A stretch of DNA of 64,000 nt from an uncultured Verrucomicrobiae bacterium (GCA_963812605.1 CAWEWF010000006.1:96001-160000), one strand, 5' to 3'; shown: positions 1 to 8,867, counted from the stretch's first letter. The notes: generated from the sequence alone by a model not told the origin. Translations and numbers: made by a program.

Positions 1-1239
1 ACTTTCAAATTCAAAGTCGTCAAGATCAACCAGGAGCGCCATAACATCGTTCTCTCACGGCGCGAGTTGATCGAGCAGGAACGGGAAGACAAGCGCCGCA
101 CGCTGCTGTCGAGCATGCAGGTCGGCCAGATCCGCACCGGCGGGGTCAAGAACCTCACGGACTTTGGCGCGTTCATCGATCTCGACGGCCTCGACGGATT
201 GCTCCACATCACCGATATGAGCTGGGGCCGCATCAATCATCCCTCCGAGTTGCTTAAAGTCGGCGAGACGATTGAGGTCATGATTCTGGAAGTTGATCGC
301 GAGAAGGAACGCGTTTCGCTTGGCCTCAAGCAGCGGAACCGCAATCCCTGGGACAACGTCGAAGTCAAATATCCCGTGGGCAGCAAGGTGCGCGGCAAGG
401 TCGTCAGCGTCGTGCCGTACGGCGCCTTCGTCCAGTTGGAGGACGGGGTCGAAGGCATGGTGCACGTCTCCGAGCTTTCGTGGACCAAGCGCGTAGCGCG
501 GGCTTCTGATGTGTTGAAGGTGGGCGAGGAAATCGACGCGCTCGTGCTCGAGATCAAGCGCGAGGAACAGAAAATATCCCTCGGCATTCGCCAGCTCGAA
601 GCCAATCCGTGGTCGCAAGTGCCCAAGAAATATCCGCCGGGCACGAAGATCACAGGCAAGGTGCGCAACCTCACGAATTTCGGCGCGTTTGTCGAAATCG
701 AGGAAGGGATCGACGGCATGGTGCACGTCTCCGATATGTCGTGGTCGCGCAAGGTCACGAATCCCGCCGAACTGTTGAAAAAGGGCCAGACCGTCGAGGC
801 CGTCGTGCTCGAAGTGGACAGCGGCAACCAGCGCGTTTCGCTCGGCATGAAACAACTGGAAGACGATCCATGGCGGAGCATCGACCAGCGTTACAAGATG
901 GGCGATCTCGTGAAGGGCAAAGTCGTCAAGCTCGCGTCATTTGGCGCGTTCATCGAATTGCCCGACAAGCTCGAAGGTCTCGTCCACATCTCGCAGATCA
1001 GCGAGGATCATATCGACAAGATCAAGAATGTGCTCAAGGTAGGCGACGAAGTTTCTGCTCGCGTCATCAAGGTGGATGCTCCCGAGCGGCGCATCGGTCT
1101 GAGCATCAAGGCCGCCAATTACAGCACCGACCAACTCGAGGCCGAGAAAGAGCAGTATGAAGCCGCGCTCAAGCCGGGAGAGGCCATCGTCGATCTCGAG
1201 CACGCGTTCGAGCAGGCCGAAGAGGAGAAAAACCAGTAG
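1..1239 (+). CDS. rpsA: 30S ribosomal protein S1 (5'-partial; frame open from base 1)
   Basis: Tandem S1 repeats (KNLTDFGAFIDL..GLLHITDMSW; VVPYGAFV..GMVHVSELSW; LTNFGAFV; LASFGAFI). Confidence 0.97.
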   Translation, partial: TFKFKVVKINQERHNIVLSRRELIEQEREDKRRTLLSSMQVGQIRTGGVKNLTDFGAFIDLDGLDGLLHITDMSWGRINHPSELLKVGETIEVMILEVDREKERVSLGLKQRNRNPWDNVEVKYPVGSKVRGKVVSVVPYGAFVQLEDGVEGMVHVSELSWTKRVARASDVLKVGEEIDALVLEIKREEQKISLGIRQLEANPWSQVPKKYPPGTKITGKVRNLTNFGAFVEIEEGIDGMVHVSDMSWSRKVTNPAELLKKGQTVEAVVLEVDSGNQRVSLGMKQLEDDPWRSIDQRYKMGDLVKGKVVKLASFGAFIELPDKLEGLVHISQISEDHIDKIKNVLKVGDEVSARVIKVDAPERRIGLSIKAANYSTDQLEAEKEQYEAALKPGEAIVDLEHAFEQAEEEKNQ

Positions 1240-1263
1240 CCGTTTCACCTCGAATCTAGTACA

Positions 1264-1307
1264 AGAAACCCAGCCCCGAAAGCTTTCGGGGCTGGGTTTC
1301 TGTTTTT
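1264..1307. terminator. Intrinsic terminator between convergent rpsA and hicA, possibly bidirectional
   Basis: Perfect 38-bp palindrome AGAAACCCAGCCCCGAAAG/CTTTCGGGGCTGGGTTTCT followed by a T run. Confidence 0.9.
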
Positions 1308-1323
1308 ATACTCAGCCGAATGC

Positions 1324-1554
1324 TTAGAATCTCTTGAAATAAAAATCGTCGCGATTGATGCCAAGGTCTTCGACGATGTCGGCGATTATCCCGCGCGGTA
1401 CGTCACCGGGGTGGTAGGCGAACGTGATCAAGCGGTCGGAACGAAATGGATTGGAGTAATGACGATGGCTGCCACTGGTTCGCACGAGCACACATCCGAT
1501 TTCGCGCAGACGCCGTTCCAATTGCCGGGAGTTGTAGGAAGGATACTTGCCCAC
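1324..1554 (-). CDS. hicA: HicA-family toxin (mRNA interferase)
   Basis: 76 aa; LREIGCVLVRTSGSHRHY (GSH motif) and H-P-G-D-V-P-x-G-I-I pattern. Confidence 0.85.
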   Translation of the reverse strand: MGKYPSYNSRQLERRLREIGCVLVRTSGSHRHYSNPFRSDRLITFAYHPGDVPRGIIADIVEDLGINRDDFYFKRF

Positions 1555-1556
1555 GG

Positions 1557-1775
1557 CTAAACCGTCAGGACAAATCGGTCACGGAACGCGGGCGGGATCG
1601 GTCGTCCGGTTTCAAGCAAAGCTTCCAAATGCACTTTGGCGGCCTCTTGGAATCGAAGTATAGCTTCGCCGCGGTCACGACCGTGTGCATGACAGCCCGG
1701 CAAAAGCCGCGACTTGGCAATCCACAAGCCGTCTTCGTCTCGGCGCACCTGCATTCTCGATATCGGAACAATCAT
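1557..1775 (-). CDS. hicB: HicB-family antitoxin, short form without C-terminal DNA-binding domain
   Basis: 72 aa from ATG 1775; DEDGLWIA..LPGCHAHGRDRGEA..EAAKVHLEAL..G.PIP; abuts hicA. Confidence 0.85.
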   Translation of the reverse strand: MIVPISRMQVRRDEDGLWIAKSRLLPGCHAHGRDRGEAILRFQEAAKVHLEALLETGRPIPPAFRDRFVLTV

Positions 1776-1920
1776 GCTTCGTGAACAATACCCGATGTCC
1801 CGTGCATGGTCAATGCCGCCCTCAGGGCCAATCGTGCAGAATATTTTCAGTCTGGCTTCATATAGCGGCTGGTAATTCAGCTTGCCGCGCTTGCCAAGCG
1901 CGGCTACAACACGTCGAGAC

Positions 1921-3105
1921 ATGGGAACTCCCGACGAACAATTGGATCTTCTCGCACAGGGTTGCGAGAGCGTCGTCACCCGCGACGAGTTGAAGAAAAA
2001 ACTCGGGTTGGACCGGCCACTCCGCGTCAAACTCGGTTGCGACCCGACCGCACCCGATTTGCATCTCGGCCACAGCGTCGTGTTGCGCAAGCTCCGCCAG
2101 TTTCAAGACCTCGGCCACAAGGCGGTGCTGATCATCGGCGATTACACCGCGCTCGTGGGCGATCCGACCGGCCAGAACAAGACGCGACCTATGCTTAGCG
2201 AAGCCGATATCGACCGCAACGCGAAGACGTATTTCGACCAGGCCGGGAAGATTCTTGATACCGCTCCGGACAAACTGGAAATCCGCCGCAACAGCGAATG
2301 GCTGGCCGGGATGCGTCTGGTCGACGTGCTCAAGCTCATGAGCCAGATGAGCGTGGCGCGCATGCTGGAGCGTGACACCTTTGAGAAACGCTACAAGGCC
2401 GATGTGACCATTGGCCTTCACGAGTTTCTCTACCCGCTCATGCAGGGCCATGATTCGGTCATGGTCAAAGCGGATGTCGAACTAGGTGGGACCGACCAGT
2501 TATTCAATAACCTGGTCGGGCGCGACCTGCAGCGCGATGCGGGCCAGGAGCCCCAAGTCGTCATGATTCTCCCCATTCTCGAAGGACTCGACGGCGTCGA
2601 GAAGATGTCCAAGAGCAAGGGCAACTACATCGGCATCAGCGACACGCCCAAAGATATGTTCGGCAAGACCATGAGCATCGGTGATGAGGCGATGTGGAAG
2701 TGGTACGTGCTTCTCCTCAGCAAGACTCCGGGTGAAATTGCCGACTTGAAAAAGGGTCACCCGATGGAAGCGAAGAAGGCCCTCGCCCACGCCATCGTCG
2801 CGCAATATTACGATGCCACGTCCGCCGACCACGCGCGCGAGGATTTTGAGAAACAGTTTTCAAAAAAAGACCTGTCGGAAATCGCGGAGAAACTCAGTGT
2901 GCCAGCCGGTGAGATTTGGATTGTCGAGTTGGTAGAGAAAACCGGGAAGTTCAAAAGCCGTGGTGACATCCGCCGCATCATCCAACAGGGCGGCGTCACG
3001 TTGGACGGCCAGAAAATCACCGACGACAAGACCAAGGTCAATGTCCGCGATGGGCAGGTCCTCAAAGCCGGCAAGCTGGTCGTCGTCAAGCTGACGGTTG
3101 CCTAA
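1921..3105 (+). CDS. tyrS: Tyrosine--tRNA ligase
   Basis: GCDPTAPDLHLGH (HIGH), GGTDQ, KMSKS, C-terminal S4-like domain; ATG 1921 chosen as start. Confidence 0.97.
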   Translation: MGTPDEQLDLLAQGCESVVTRDELKKKLGLDRPLRVKLGCDPTAPDLHLGHSVVLRKLRQFQDLGHKAVLIIGDYTALVGDPTGQNKTRPMLSEADIDRNAKTYFDQAGKILDTAPDKLEIRRNSEWLAGMRLVDVLKLMSQMSVARMLERDTFEKRYKADVTIGLHEFLYPLMQGHDSVMVKADVELGGTDQLFNNLVGRDLQRDAGQEPQVVMILPILEGLDGVEKMSKSKGNYIGISDTPKDMFGKTMSIGDEAMWKWYVLLLSKTPGEIADLKKGHPMEAKKALAHAIVAQYYDATSADHAREDFEKQFSKKDLSEIAEKLSVPAGEIWIVELVEKTGKFKSRGDIRRIIQQGGVTLDGQKITDDKTKVNVRDGQVLKAGKLVVVKLTVA

Positions 3106-3126
3106 CGCCGCCCTTTCTCGTACACT
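3098..3126 (+). promoter_or_regulatory. Sigma70-type promoter upstream of tRNA-like unit 1
   Basis: TTGCCT-N17-TACACT, ending 13 nt before the unit at 3140. Confidence 0.65.
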
Positions 3127-3139
3127 CCCTAACTTGGAC

Positions 3140-3198
3140 CGGGACGTAGCTCAGCTTGGATTAGAGCGTCCCGAGCACGAAGTGGCTCGGGAAGGTCG
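3140..3198 (+). repeat. tRNA-Pro-derived unit 1 (5' acceptor strand, D arm, substitute hairpin, variable loop; no T arm)
   Basis: CGGGACGTAGCTCAGCTTGGATTAGAGCG-TCCCGAGC-ACGAAGTG-GCTCGGGA-AGGTCG. Confidence 0.85.
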
Positions 3199-3225
3199 CC
3201 GGATAGCTTTATATTGTAAAATGTA

Positions 3226-3311
3226 CGGGACGTAGCTCAGCTTGGATTAGAGCGTCCCGAGCATGAGGTGGCTCGGGAAGGTCGGAGGTTCAAATCCTGT
3301 CGTCCCGACCA
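3226..3311 (+). ncRNA. tRNA-like unit 2: complete tRNA-Pro-type scaffold with the anticodon arm replaced by an 8-bp stem and 8-nt loop
   Basis: Acceptor CGGGACG/CGTCCCG + ACCA, D arm, T loop GGTTCAAATCC; TCCCGAGC-ATGAGGTG-GCTCGGGA in the anticodon-arm position. Confidence 0.75.
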
Positions 3312-3320
3312 CTTTTTCCC

Positions 3321-3641
3321 ATGTATTTTGTTTACATTCTCCAGAGCCTGAGCACTGACCGGTTCTACGTTGGTCAGTGCGATCACCTCATTGAGCGATT
3401 CCTTGAGCATCAGCGTGGCGCCAATCTGGCAACTCGCAATCGTGGCCCATGGTGGATGCCCTATTTCGAAATCCATTCCAGTCGCTCCGACGCTCTCAAA
3501 CGCGAACGTCAGATCAAATCCGCAAAGAGCGCGGAAAGCATACGCCGAATCATCAAGAGCGGTACGTCCGAATTGTACGCTTCGGAGCTCAGCTTGGATG
3601 AGAGCATCCCGAGCACATCAATGCTCCGGGAAGGTCGTTGA
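3321..3641 (+). CDS. Small stand-alone GIY-YIG nuclease
   Basis: MYFVYIL..FYVG..ER..EH..T...GPW..FE....A..RE.QIK pattern; starts 9 nt after the CCA of unit 2. Confidence 0.9.
   Translation: MYFVYILQSLSTDRFYVGQCDHLIERFLEHQRGANLATRNRGPWWMPYFEIHSSRSDALKRERQIKSAKSAESIRRIIKSGTSELYASELSLDESIPSTSMLREGR
3560..3637 (+). repeat. tRNA-Pro-derived unit 3 (degenerate, overlaps the GIY-YIG 3' end)
   Basis: CGGTACGT-[CCGAATTGTACGCTTCGG]-AGCTCAGCTTGGATGAGAGCA-TCCCGAGCA-CATCAA-TGCTCCGGGA-AGGTCG. Confidence 0.75.
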
Positions 3642-3666
3642 TATCGCCACCCCGTTCGCGTACACT
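3638..3666 (+). promoter_or_regulatory. Sigma70-type promoter of the tRNA-Pro gene
   Basis: TTGATA-N17-TACACT. Confidence 0.7.
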
Positions 3667-3678
3667 CTTCCCCGGTTC

Positions 3679-3718
3679 CGGGACGTAGCTCAGCTTGGAT
3701 TAGAGCGCCTGCCTTGGG
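3679..3718 (+). pseudogene. 5' half of tRNA-Pro(TGG), interrupted in the anticodon loop (candidate att site)
   Basis: CGGGACGTAGCTCAGCTTGGATTAGAGCG-CCTGC-CT-TGG-G, then unrelated sequence with no 3' stem, T arm or CCA. Confidence 0.8.
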
Positions 3719-3834
3719 CGTCAAGAAAGCACTTTTCTGCTTTTAGCTATCGCTATCTTAGCCAATGTTTACGGCATTTTTCTGATTTCCGCTTTTGCCC
3801 GGTTTAGCCGAAATATGCCCCAAAAGACCAATGG

Positions 3835-3859
3835 AGTATCAAATGGCAGTATCAAATGG
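3835..3859 (+). repeat. Tandem 12-bp direct repeat AGTATCAAATGG x2 (candidate integrase arm-type sites)
   Basis: Copies at 3835-3846 and 3848-3859, about 120 bp inside the putative att. Confidence 0.5.
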
Positions 3860-4087
3860 GCACTTCGATGAAAGCCCCTGCCGTCGGAGAAATTGGCGTC
3901 AATACGATCTGATACAAAGGAACCAAACCGAGTGCGGCGCTCGGAATATTCTTTCGGTCAGATTCAGAATTCCCAAATAACAAAACTCTTTTGCAGGGCC
4001 ATTGGGGTATGGATTCAACACGTCCAATCAGCATTAATGGGCGGAGGTTAAAACCTGCCGCCCACCAATGAAGAATCATAACTCTCG

Positions 4088-4783
4088 TTATGGAAGCAAC
4101 TGACGTTCCAAGGTCATCTGTCCGAATGGAAGAAGAGTGACGTTTGTAGATCCATTTTCAAAGATGACGTTGGCAACGCCAATCAGGTGCGCCTCGCCAG
4201 CAATTTCCTTGTCCTTAACTTTGTCATCCAAGTCTTTGACCGCCGCATCCGCGAAACCTCGGTCGTGTCCACGATCAATATCCACCAGTACCGCTCGCGG
4301 ACAACCATTTGTGGGATTCAGGTAAATCCTTCCAGCAACTGTCAGGAATCCACCCACCAAAAAGCCATTCGTATTAACGCCCATGCGCATGACAAAGCGT
4401 TCGTGGTTCGGACCCAGCGATGAAGCGCTGTCCTGGCCGGTCAAAGCGTAAACATTTGTGCTACTCGCAATGTCCAAGATGTTGCTCGAAAGAGCGGCGT
4501 CGAAGACAACTAATTTCGCCGACGCCGAGTCGCAGCTAATCTCCAAGGCCAATACACGGTTGGTCTGCACTACAGTGGGACTCTCGCCCAAAGCCAGATT
4601 AACCAAGTCATGCCCCGCAAAGGTATCGAACGCGAGCAGATCCGTGTTGGTAGCTACGGGATTTGGCACTTGAAATGCCGCGTTGACTACAGCGGTATCG
4701 CGGAATGTGCCGCCGTTTACCGAAACCGCGAACGCCATTACCACAAAAGCTGCCCCAATTCTTACCCATCCTTGTGCCTTCAT
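4088..4783 (-). CDS. Secreted hypothetical protein
   Basis: Signal-peptide-like N-terminus MKAQGWVRIGAAFVVMAFAVSVNG; long open frame. Confidence 0.65.
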   Translation of the reverse strand: MKAQGWVRIGAAFVVMAFAVSVNGGTFRDTAVVNAAFQVPNPVATNTDLLAFDTFAGHDLVNLALGESPTVVQTNRVLALEISCDSASAKLVVFDAALSSNILDIASSTNVYALTGQDSASSLGPNHERFVMRMGVNTNGFLVGGFLTVAGRIYLNPTNGCPRAVLVDIDRGHDRGFADAAVKDLDDKVKDKEIAGEAHLIGVANVIFENGSTNVTLLPFGQMTLERQLLP

Positions 4784-5043
4784 CGATGCATTACTCCTAA
4801 CTCGGTTTGTTTTACAGCCGGGATTGCTGGCCGAGTGCGCAGTCCCAACCACTTTCATAGACCCGTTTATTTAGTATGGGCGGTCCAATTTCCGGACGCT
4901 GATAATGTCTGGCGACGATTGGGCTTACAATCGGCTCTCAACGGAAAAATCCCTAGGATAGTCCCCTATATCGCGTTGCAGCGTGCAAGGGTTGCAGAAC
5001 CCGGCAATTTAATCGTCGATTGATGAAAGACGCGAGCTAGCTG

Positions 5044-5471
5044 CTAGTGTTGGGCGCTTCTTTGACGCCGGATTCTTTGTGTAACTTCCAGCTCCCAACC
5101 GCGACGCACAACGGGACGAAAACGCGACCAAGCATTTTCTTCGCCCGGGTACGCCCTTTCCCAATCTTCCTCCAATTTGGAATCCAGATCGCCGTTCCAA
5201 ACGGAGAACTGTTTCCCGTACCGCAATTGGGCTCCATACCCAAAGCGGTATGCAGGCTCGACTTCCTCAAAGGTAGGAATCTGGCGAGGAGGTATGGGTT
5301 CCTTGCCGGCTGCCTGCTTCAAAGTATCGCTTACTTGCTGATTGGTATCAGGCTCATTACCCCCAAAGTCGTGCTTCGTTTGATCCCAGTCGCGTTGCAC
5401 GGCGGTTTTGACTCGCTCCCAAGCCGTGTCGTTTTCTGGGTCCACCAAACTGGATTCTTGTACTTGCCCAT
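5044..5471 (-). CDS. Hypothetical protein, one frameshift near 5445
   Basis: MGKYKNPVWWT joins PENDTAWERVK..RDWDQTKHDFGG..EPAYRFGYGA in another frame. Confidence 0.6.
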
Positions 5472-5651
5472 TCTGTTTCGCGCCTCCATGGTAGTCTTTT
5501 GGTTATACTGCGATTGTTCACGAACCTAAACCATGAGACTTGGGAGTTCTATGAGGCTGCGACCCGAATTGCTCATAGGCCGAATTCCTAAAGCTGGCCG
5601 TCAGGCTGGAGCGGCCGTTGACGAACATGCAGTAGCGGTGGAGAATAAGGC

Positions 5652-5888
5652 ATGGAGCCAATTTCAGAAACTTACCGAAATCATCAAATTGAAATCCTAG
5701 ATGAACCTTTCGCCATCGAGACTCTGGCAATGGGGACTCTATCGCCCAACATCGGGCGCAAGGCGGTCATAAAAGTCGACGGCGATGATGTCACCGATAA
5801 ATGTGATTCTGGCGACAAGTCATCGCCTGAATCGATGATTGCCAGCGCACGCCGATATGTCGATCAGAAGTTTTTCTCGAAAACGTAA
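5652..5888 (+). CDS. Hypothetical protein (78 aa)
   Basis: ATG with upstream GGAG/AAGG; protein-like composition. Confidence 0.5.
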   Translation: MEPISETYRNHQIEILDEPFAIETLAMGTLSPNIGRKAVIKVDGDDVTDKCDSGDKSSPESMIASARRYVDQKFFSKT

Positions 5889-6049
5889 ACACCAATACCC
5901 TCCACCCGCTGCTACCGAGTACAGTTGGTGCCCTAATCTGGCAATTTCGCAACTTGCGTCGGGTTGTATGAGTGAAATAAAATGCCGACGTGGCAAAGGT
6001 CCGTTTCGCTACTTCTCAGACTCAACCGTTCGTTTGAACCCGTGAAAGA

Positions 6050-6556
6050 CTAGTTGGCGATACGCTCCGCTGTGTTCTTAGTCATTACCCGACGGATGAG
6101 CTGCAAGGCTTCTTGGATGCGAAATGATTTGCGGATGTAGCCGTCAATCTGATGGCGGGCGAGGATCGGGCGCAATCGTAGTTCCTCAACGCCTGAAACA
6201 ATAATCACTTTCACGTCTGGACTCAGTTTCTTCAGGCATTCGAAAGTTTTGGATCCGTCAAGCTGCGGCATGTTGTAGTCCAGCAATACCAGGTGGAATT
6301 TGTCCTTCTCACGCGCGAACTTCTCGAGAGCCCTAACGGGATTCGCCTCTGAGATAACTTCGAATCCGAAGGGCTCGAGCAGTTGCGTGATAAGGGTGCG
6401 AAACTCGTCGTTATCGTCAATCGCCATAACTCGGAAGCTGGCGCTGGCCGGCGCAACTGAGTTGACCGCGTCGATGCCCAATTGTACGAGTGTGTCGGCT
6501 TGTTCAGTTGGTGGTAGCATCCAATCCTTTTTTTTGCGCGTATTGACATACAGCAT
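6050..6556 (-). CDS. Single-domain response regulator (receiver)
   Basis: VMAIDDN..LVLLDYNMPQLDG..IIVSG..YIRK. Confidence 0.85.
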   Translation of the reverse strand: MLYVNTRKKKDWMLPPTEQADTLVQLGIDAVNSVAPASASFRVMAIDDNDEFRTLITQLLEPFGFEVISEANPVRALEKFAREKDKFHLVLLDYNMPQLDGSKTFECLKKLSPDVKVIIVSGVEELRLRPILARHQIDGYIRKSFRIQEALQLIRRVMTKNTAERIAN

Positions 6557-6862
6557 TACGCTTGCCAGCTTGATGGCGAACCGCCTTTCTTCCCTAAATC
6601 AGCAGTATCCGGTGGGCGCGACGACAGTTTCCATTCGCCGGTTGCGAATCTCCTATTCCGGCTTACGTTTCAACGGGGGAGTCGAGACGCTCTCTTTTGG
6701 GTAGGATTATTCAGCCGCATTGGGTCGGCTGGGTTTGCTAAAAGTGGAGCCTCGACTCTCCCTTTTATTTCCGTGGCCCACATCCTTCCCGCCAAAACGG
6801 GCGGATGATCCATTAAGGGTACTATAGCTCTTGCGGTTCGATTTCCACCCCGAGGATTTCAG

Positions 6863-7508
6863 TTAGCGATCCAGGATCTCGCTTATCTTTTTAAGGTCGA
6901 CGATGAACTTTTTAGTTTCGCGCTCTCGTGTCTTTCGGTCAGGAACGCGCAACAACGAAGAGGGGTGCACAGTGGCAAACACAAACGGCGCCAAAGAAGA
7001 TTCGACCAGTTTACCGCGATCTTTCATGACTCGGAAATCTCACCCTAAAAGAGTCTTGGCCGCTGTAGCGCCGAGGCAGACAATGATTCGTGGTTTAACA
7101 AGCGTGATCTCGGCGTCCAGCCAGGGCCGGCACGCTGCGATTTCCGCCGCATTGGGTGTGTCGTGCATGTGGCGCTTGCCTGCTGGTTTCCACTTGAAAT
7201 GCTTTACGACATTGGTCACATAAAGTTTGGAGCGATCAACGCCTGTCGGCCTGAAGAGAACGATCGAGAAGCTGTCCCGCGGTACCCACAAACGGTTTTC
7301 CTTCGATGTCCTCATGAAAACCCGGTTGCTCACCAACCAGCATCACTTTCGCGCTCGGTTTTCCCTCGCCGAAAACCGTTTGCTTTCCAAGCCTCCATAA
7401 ATGACATCCTTTGCACCCTTTGGCTGATTTCTGAAGCGAAGAAAATGTTAGATGGGCGGGAATCAAATCCGCCGCGGAGGCGGAATGTTTCTTTTTATTT
7501 GACTCCAT
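6863..7508 (-). pseudogene. udgX: UdgX-family uracil-DNA binding protein, 2 frameshifts
   Basis: CKGCHL, VGEQPG, PFVG, YVTNVVKHFKW..GKRHMH, ACRPWL, LGATAAK, ATVHPSSLLR split over different frames. Confidence 0.8.
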
Positions 7509-7715
7509 ACTTACTGTACTCCACTCTCAATGAGCGCTCATTTATTAGGATTGACGGACTTTTGCCTGGCTTACGAGCGGCCTCTTTTTGGCCACTGGCT
7601 TGTTCTCTGCGGCGACGCTCCCCGGGCCGTTCGCGATTTCTGAGGTTCACGCGGAGAACACTTATTCGGCCGTGTGCTCACAGTTTTTTGTTCCGTCACA
7701 AAGTTTCCTTCTTTC

Positions 7716-8831
7716 TTAACGAGAGTCACCTTTTGGGAATAGCACCTTGTCGGGGTGCGCTCTCAGTTCCACAAGCAATTGTTTGATGAGCTTCGTCTTG
7801 ATCCGACCGGCTTGCTTGGGATGAACGAGATACCGGACTATGGCCTCGACCCAAGTATTGTCGTTGATCCGGAAGAAAGCCGAAGGATGTTCACGCACTT
7901 CAAGTTCGTCCACCGGCGCTTGTGCCAGTAGGTGACGGAATTTATCCACACCCATTTTCATGTCCTCACCGATTTCTCGTTGGACAACTTTTTGCATCGT
8001 AGAAGCGACGAACTCGAAGTCGCTCTGGTAAGCTATCTGGAATTTGATTTCGTTCCAGACATACGGGAATAGTGGCCACGAATAATTGTAAACTGCAGTG
8101 TTGAATACCGACGAATTGGGAAATTGAATAATCCTCCCGCTCGGATGGTCGCTCGATAAATAATCACCACCGAACTCCCAAAGCCGTGTGTCCAAATAGC
8201 CAACTTCGATGACATCCCCGGAGGAGTCGCCAATCTTGATCCTGTCGCCGATTCCGTAAGGGTGACGGATCAAAATATAAATCCAGGCAAAAAAACTGGC
8301 CAGTGGGGACTGAAGAGCGAGTCCCAAGATGAGGGAACCGAGTCCCAGGGAAACCGCTGCAGCGTACCAATGTTGAAAAATCAGGGAAAGCGTGCTGAAA
8401 AGTAAAACAATTCCGGTGACCAGCCACAGGATTCTCTTCAGATTATACCGCGACGCAGCGTCTTCCAAATGCTCAATGGTATATATCTGAATCAAAAATG
8501 CCACGCAGACCGCCGCGGCACAAATAATGGCAGCCGTAACCGCGGACACAACAAGGGGAAAGGATTCTTTTGCGTGTGCGAATAATTGCGATGCCAAGAG
8601 CAAACGTATTACAATTAAAAGAGCGAGAATTGAGGCTGCGATAGCCAGAGACTGATGGTGGTCAACCGACGAATTTGTCAGACCGTCGTGTACGGACCTG
8701 GTCTGGCTTAGCTCGCGTTGTACGTCTTGTGGTTTGGGCTCTTCTGAGTTTTCCTGCTTCATTTGCTCTTGGCCAAATCCCTTTCGGCCGGACATGCCAA
8801 TGAACCTACATAAGATAGGCGACAACATCAA
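7716..8831 (-). CDS. Small-conductance mechanosensitive channel (MscS family); start uncertain
   Basis: TM helices, GLALQ, PY.IGDRIKIG..GDVIEVG, PNS. Confidence 0.85.
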   Translation of the reverse strand: MMLSPILCRFIGMSGRKGFGQEQMKQENSEEPKPQDVQRELSQTRSVHDGLTNSSVDHHQSLAIAASILALLIVIRLLLASQLFAHAKESFPLVVSAVTAAIICAAAVCVAFLIQIYTIEHLEDAASRYNLKRILWLVTGIVLLFSTLSLIFQHWYAAAVSLGLGSLILGLALQSPLASFFAWIYILIRHPYGIGDRIKIGDSSGDVIEVGYLDTRLWEFGGDYLSSDHPSGRIIQFPNSSVFNTAVYNYSWPLFPYVWNEIKFQIAYQSDFEFVASTMQKVVQREIGEDMKMGVDKFRHLLAQAPVDELEVREHPSAFFRINDNTWVEAIVRYLVHPKQAGRIKTKLIKQLLVELRAHPDKVLFPKGDSR

Positions 8832-8867
8832 TTGGGTCGGATGCGGATTGCTTTCTCGGAAAATGAC

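Noticed and set aside
55-1248. Long antisense and alternate-frame ORFs over rpsA (and similar ones over tyrS, the polymerase, relaxase and virB genes)
   Set aside because: Shadow ORFs caused by GC-rich codon bias; no recognisable motifs.
3226-3311. Functional tRNA with a TGA or GAG anticodon
   Set aside because: The 8-bp stem and 8-nt loop do not fit anticodon-arm geometry, and the loop differs between copies.
3140-3718. CRISPR array suggested by a repeated 29-nt sequence
   Set aside because: The repeats are tRNA-Pro 5' ends with irregular spacing and a gene between them; no cas genes in the window.
3719-4080. Group I intron in tRNA-Pro
   Set aside because: No 3' exon found nearby and no recognisable intron core; an att junction fits better.
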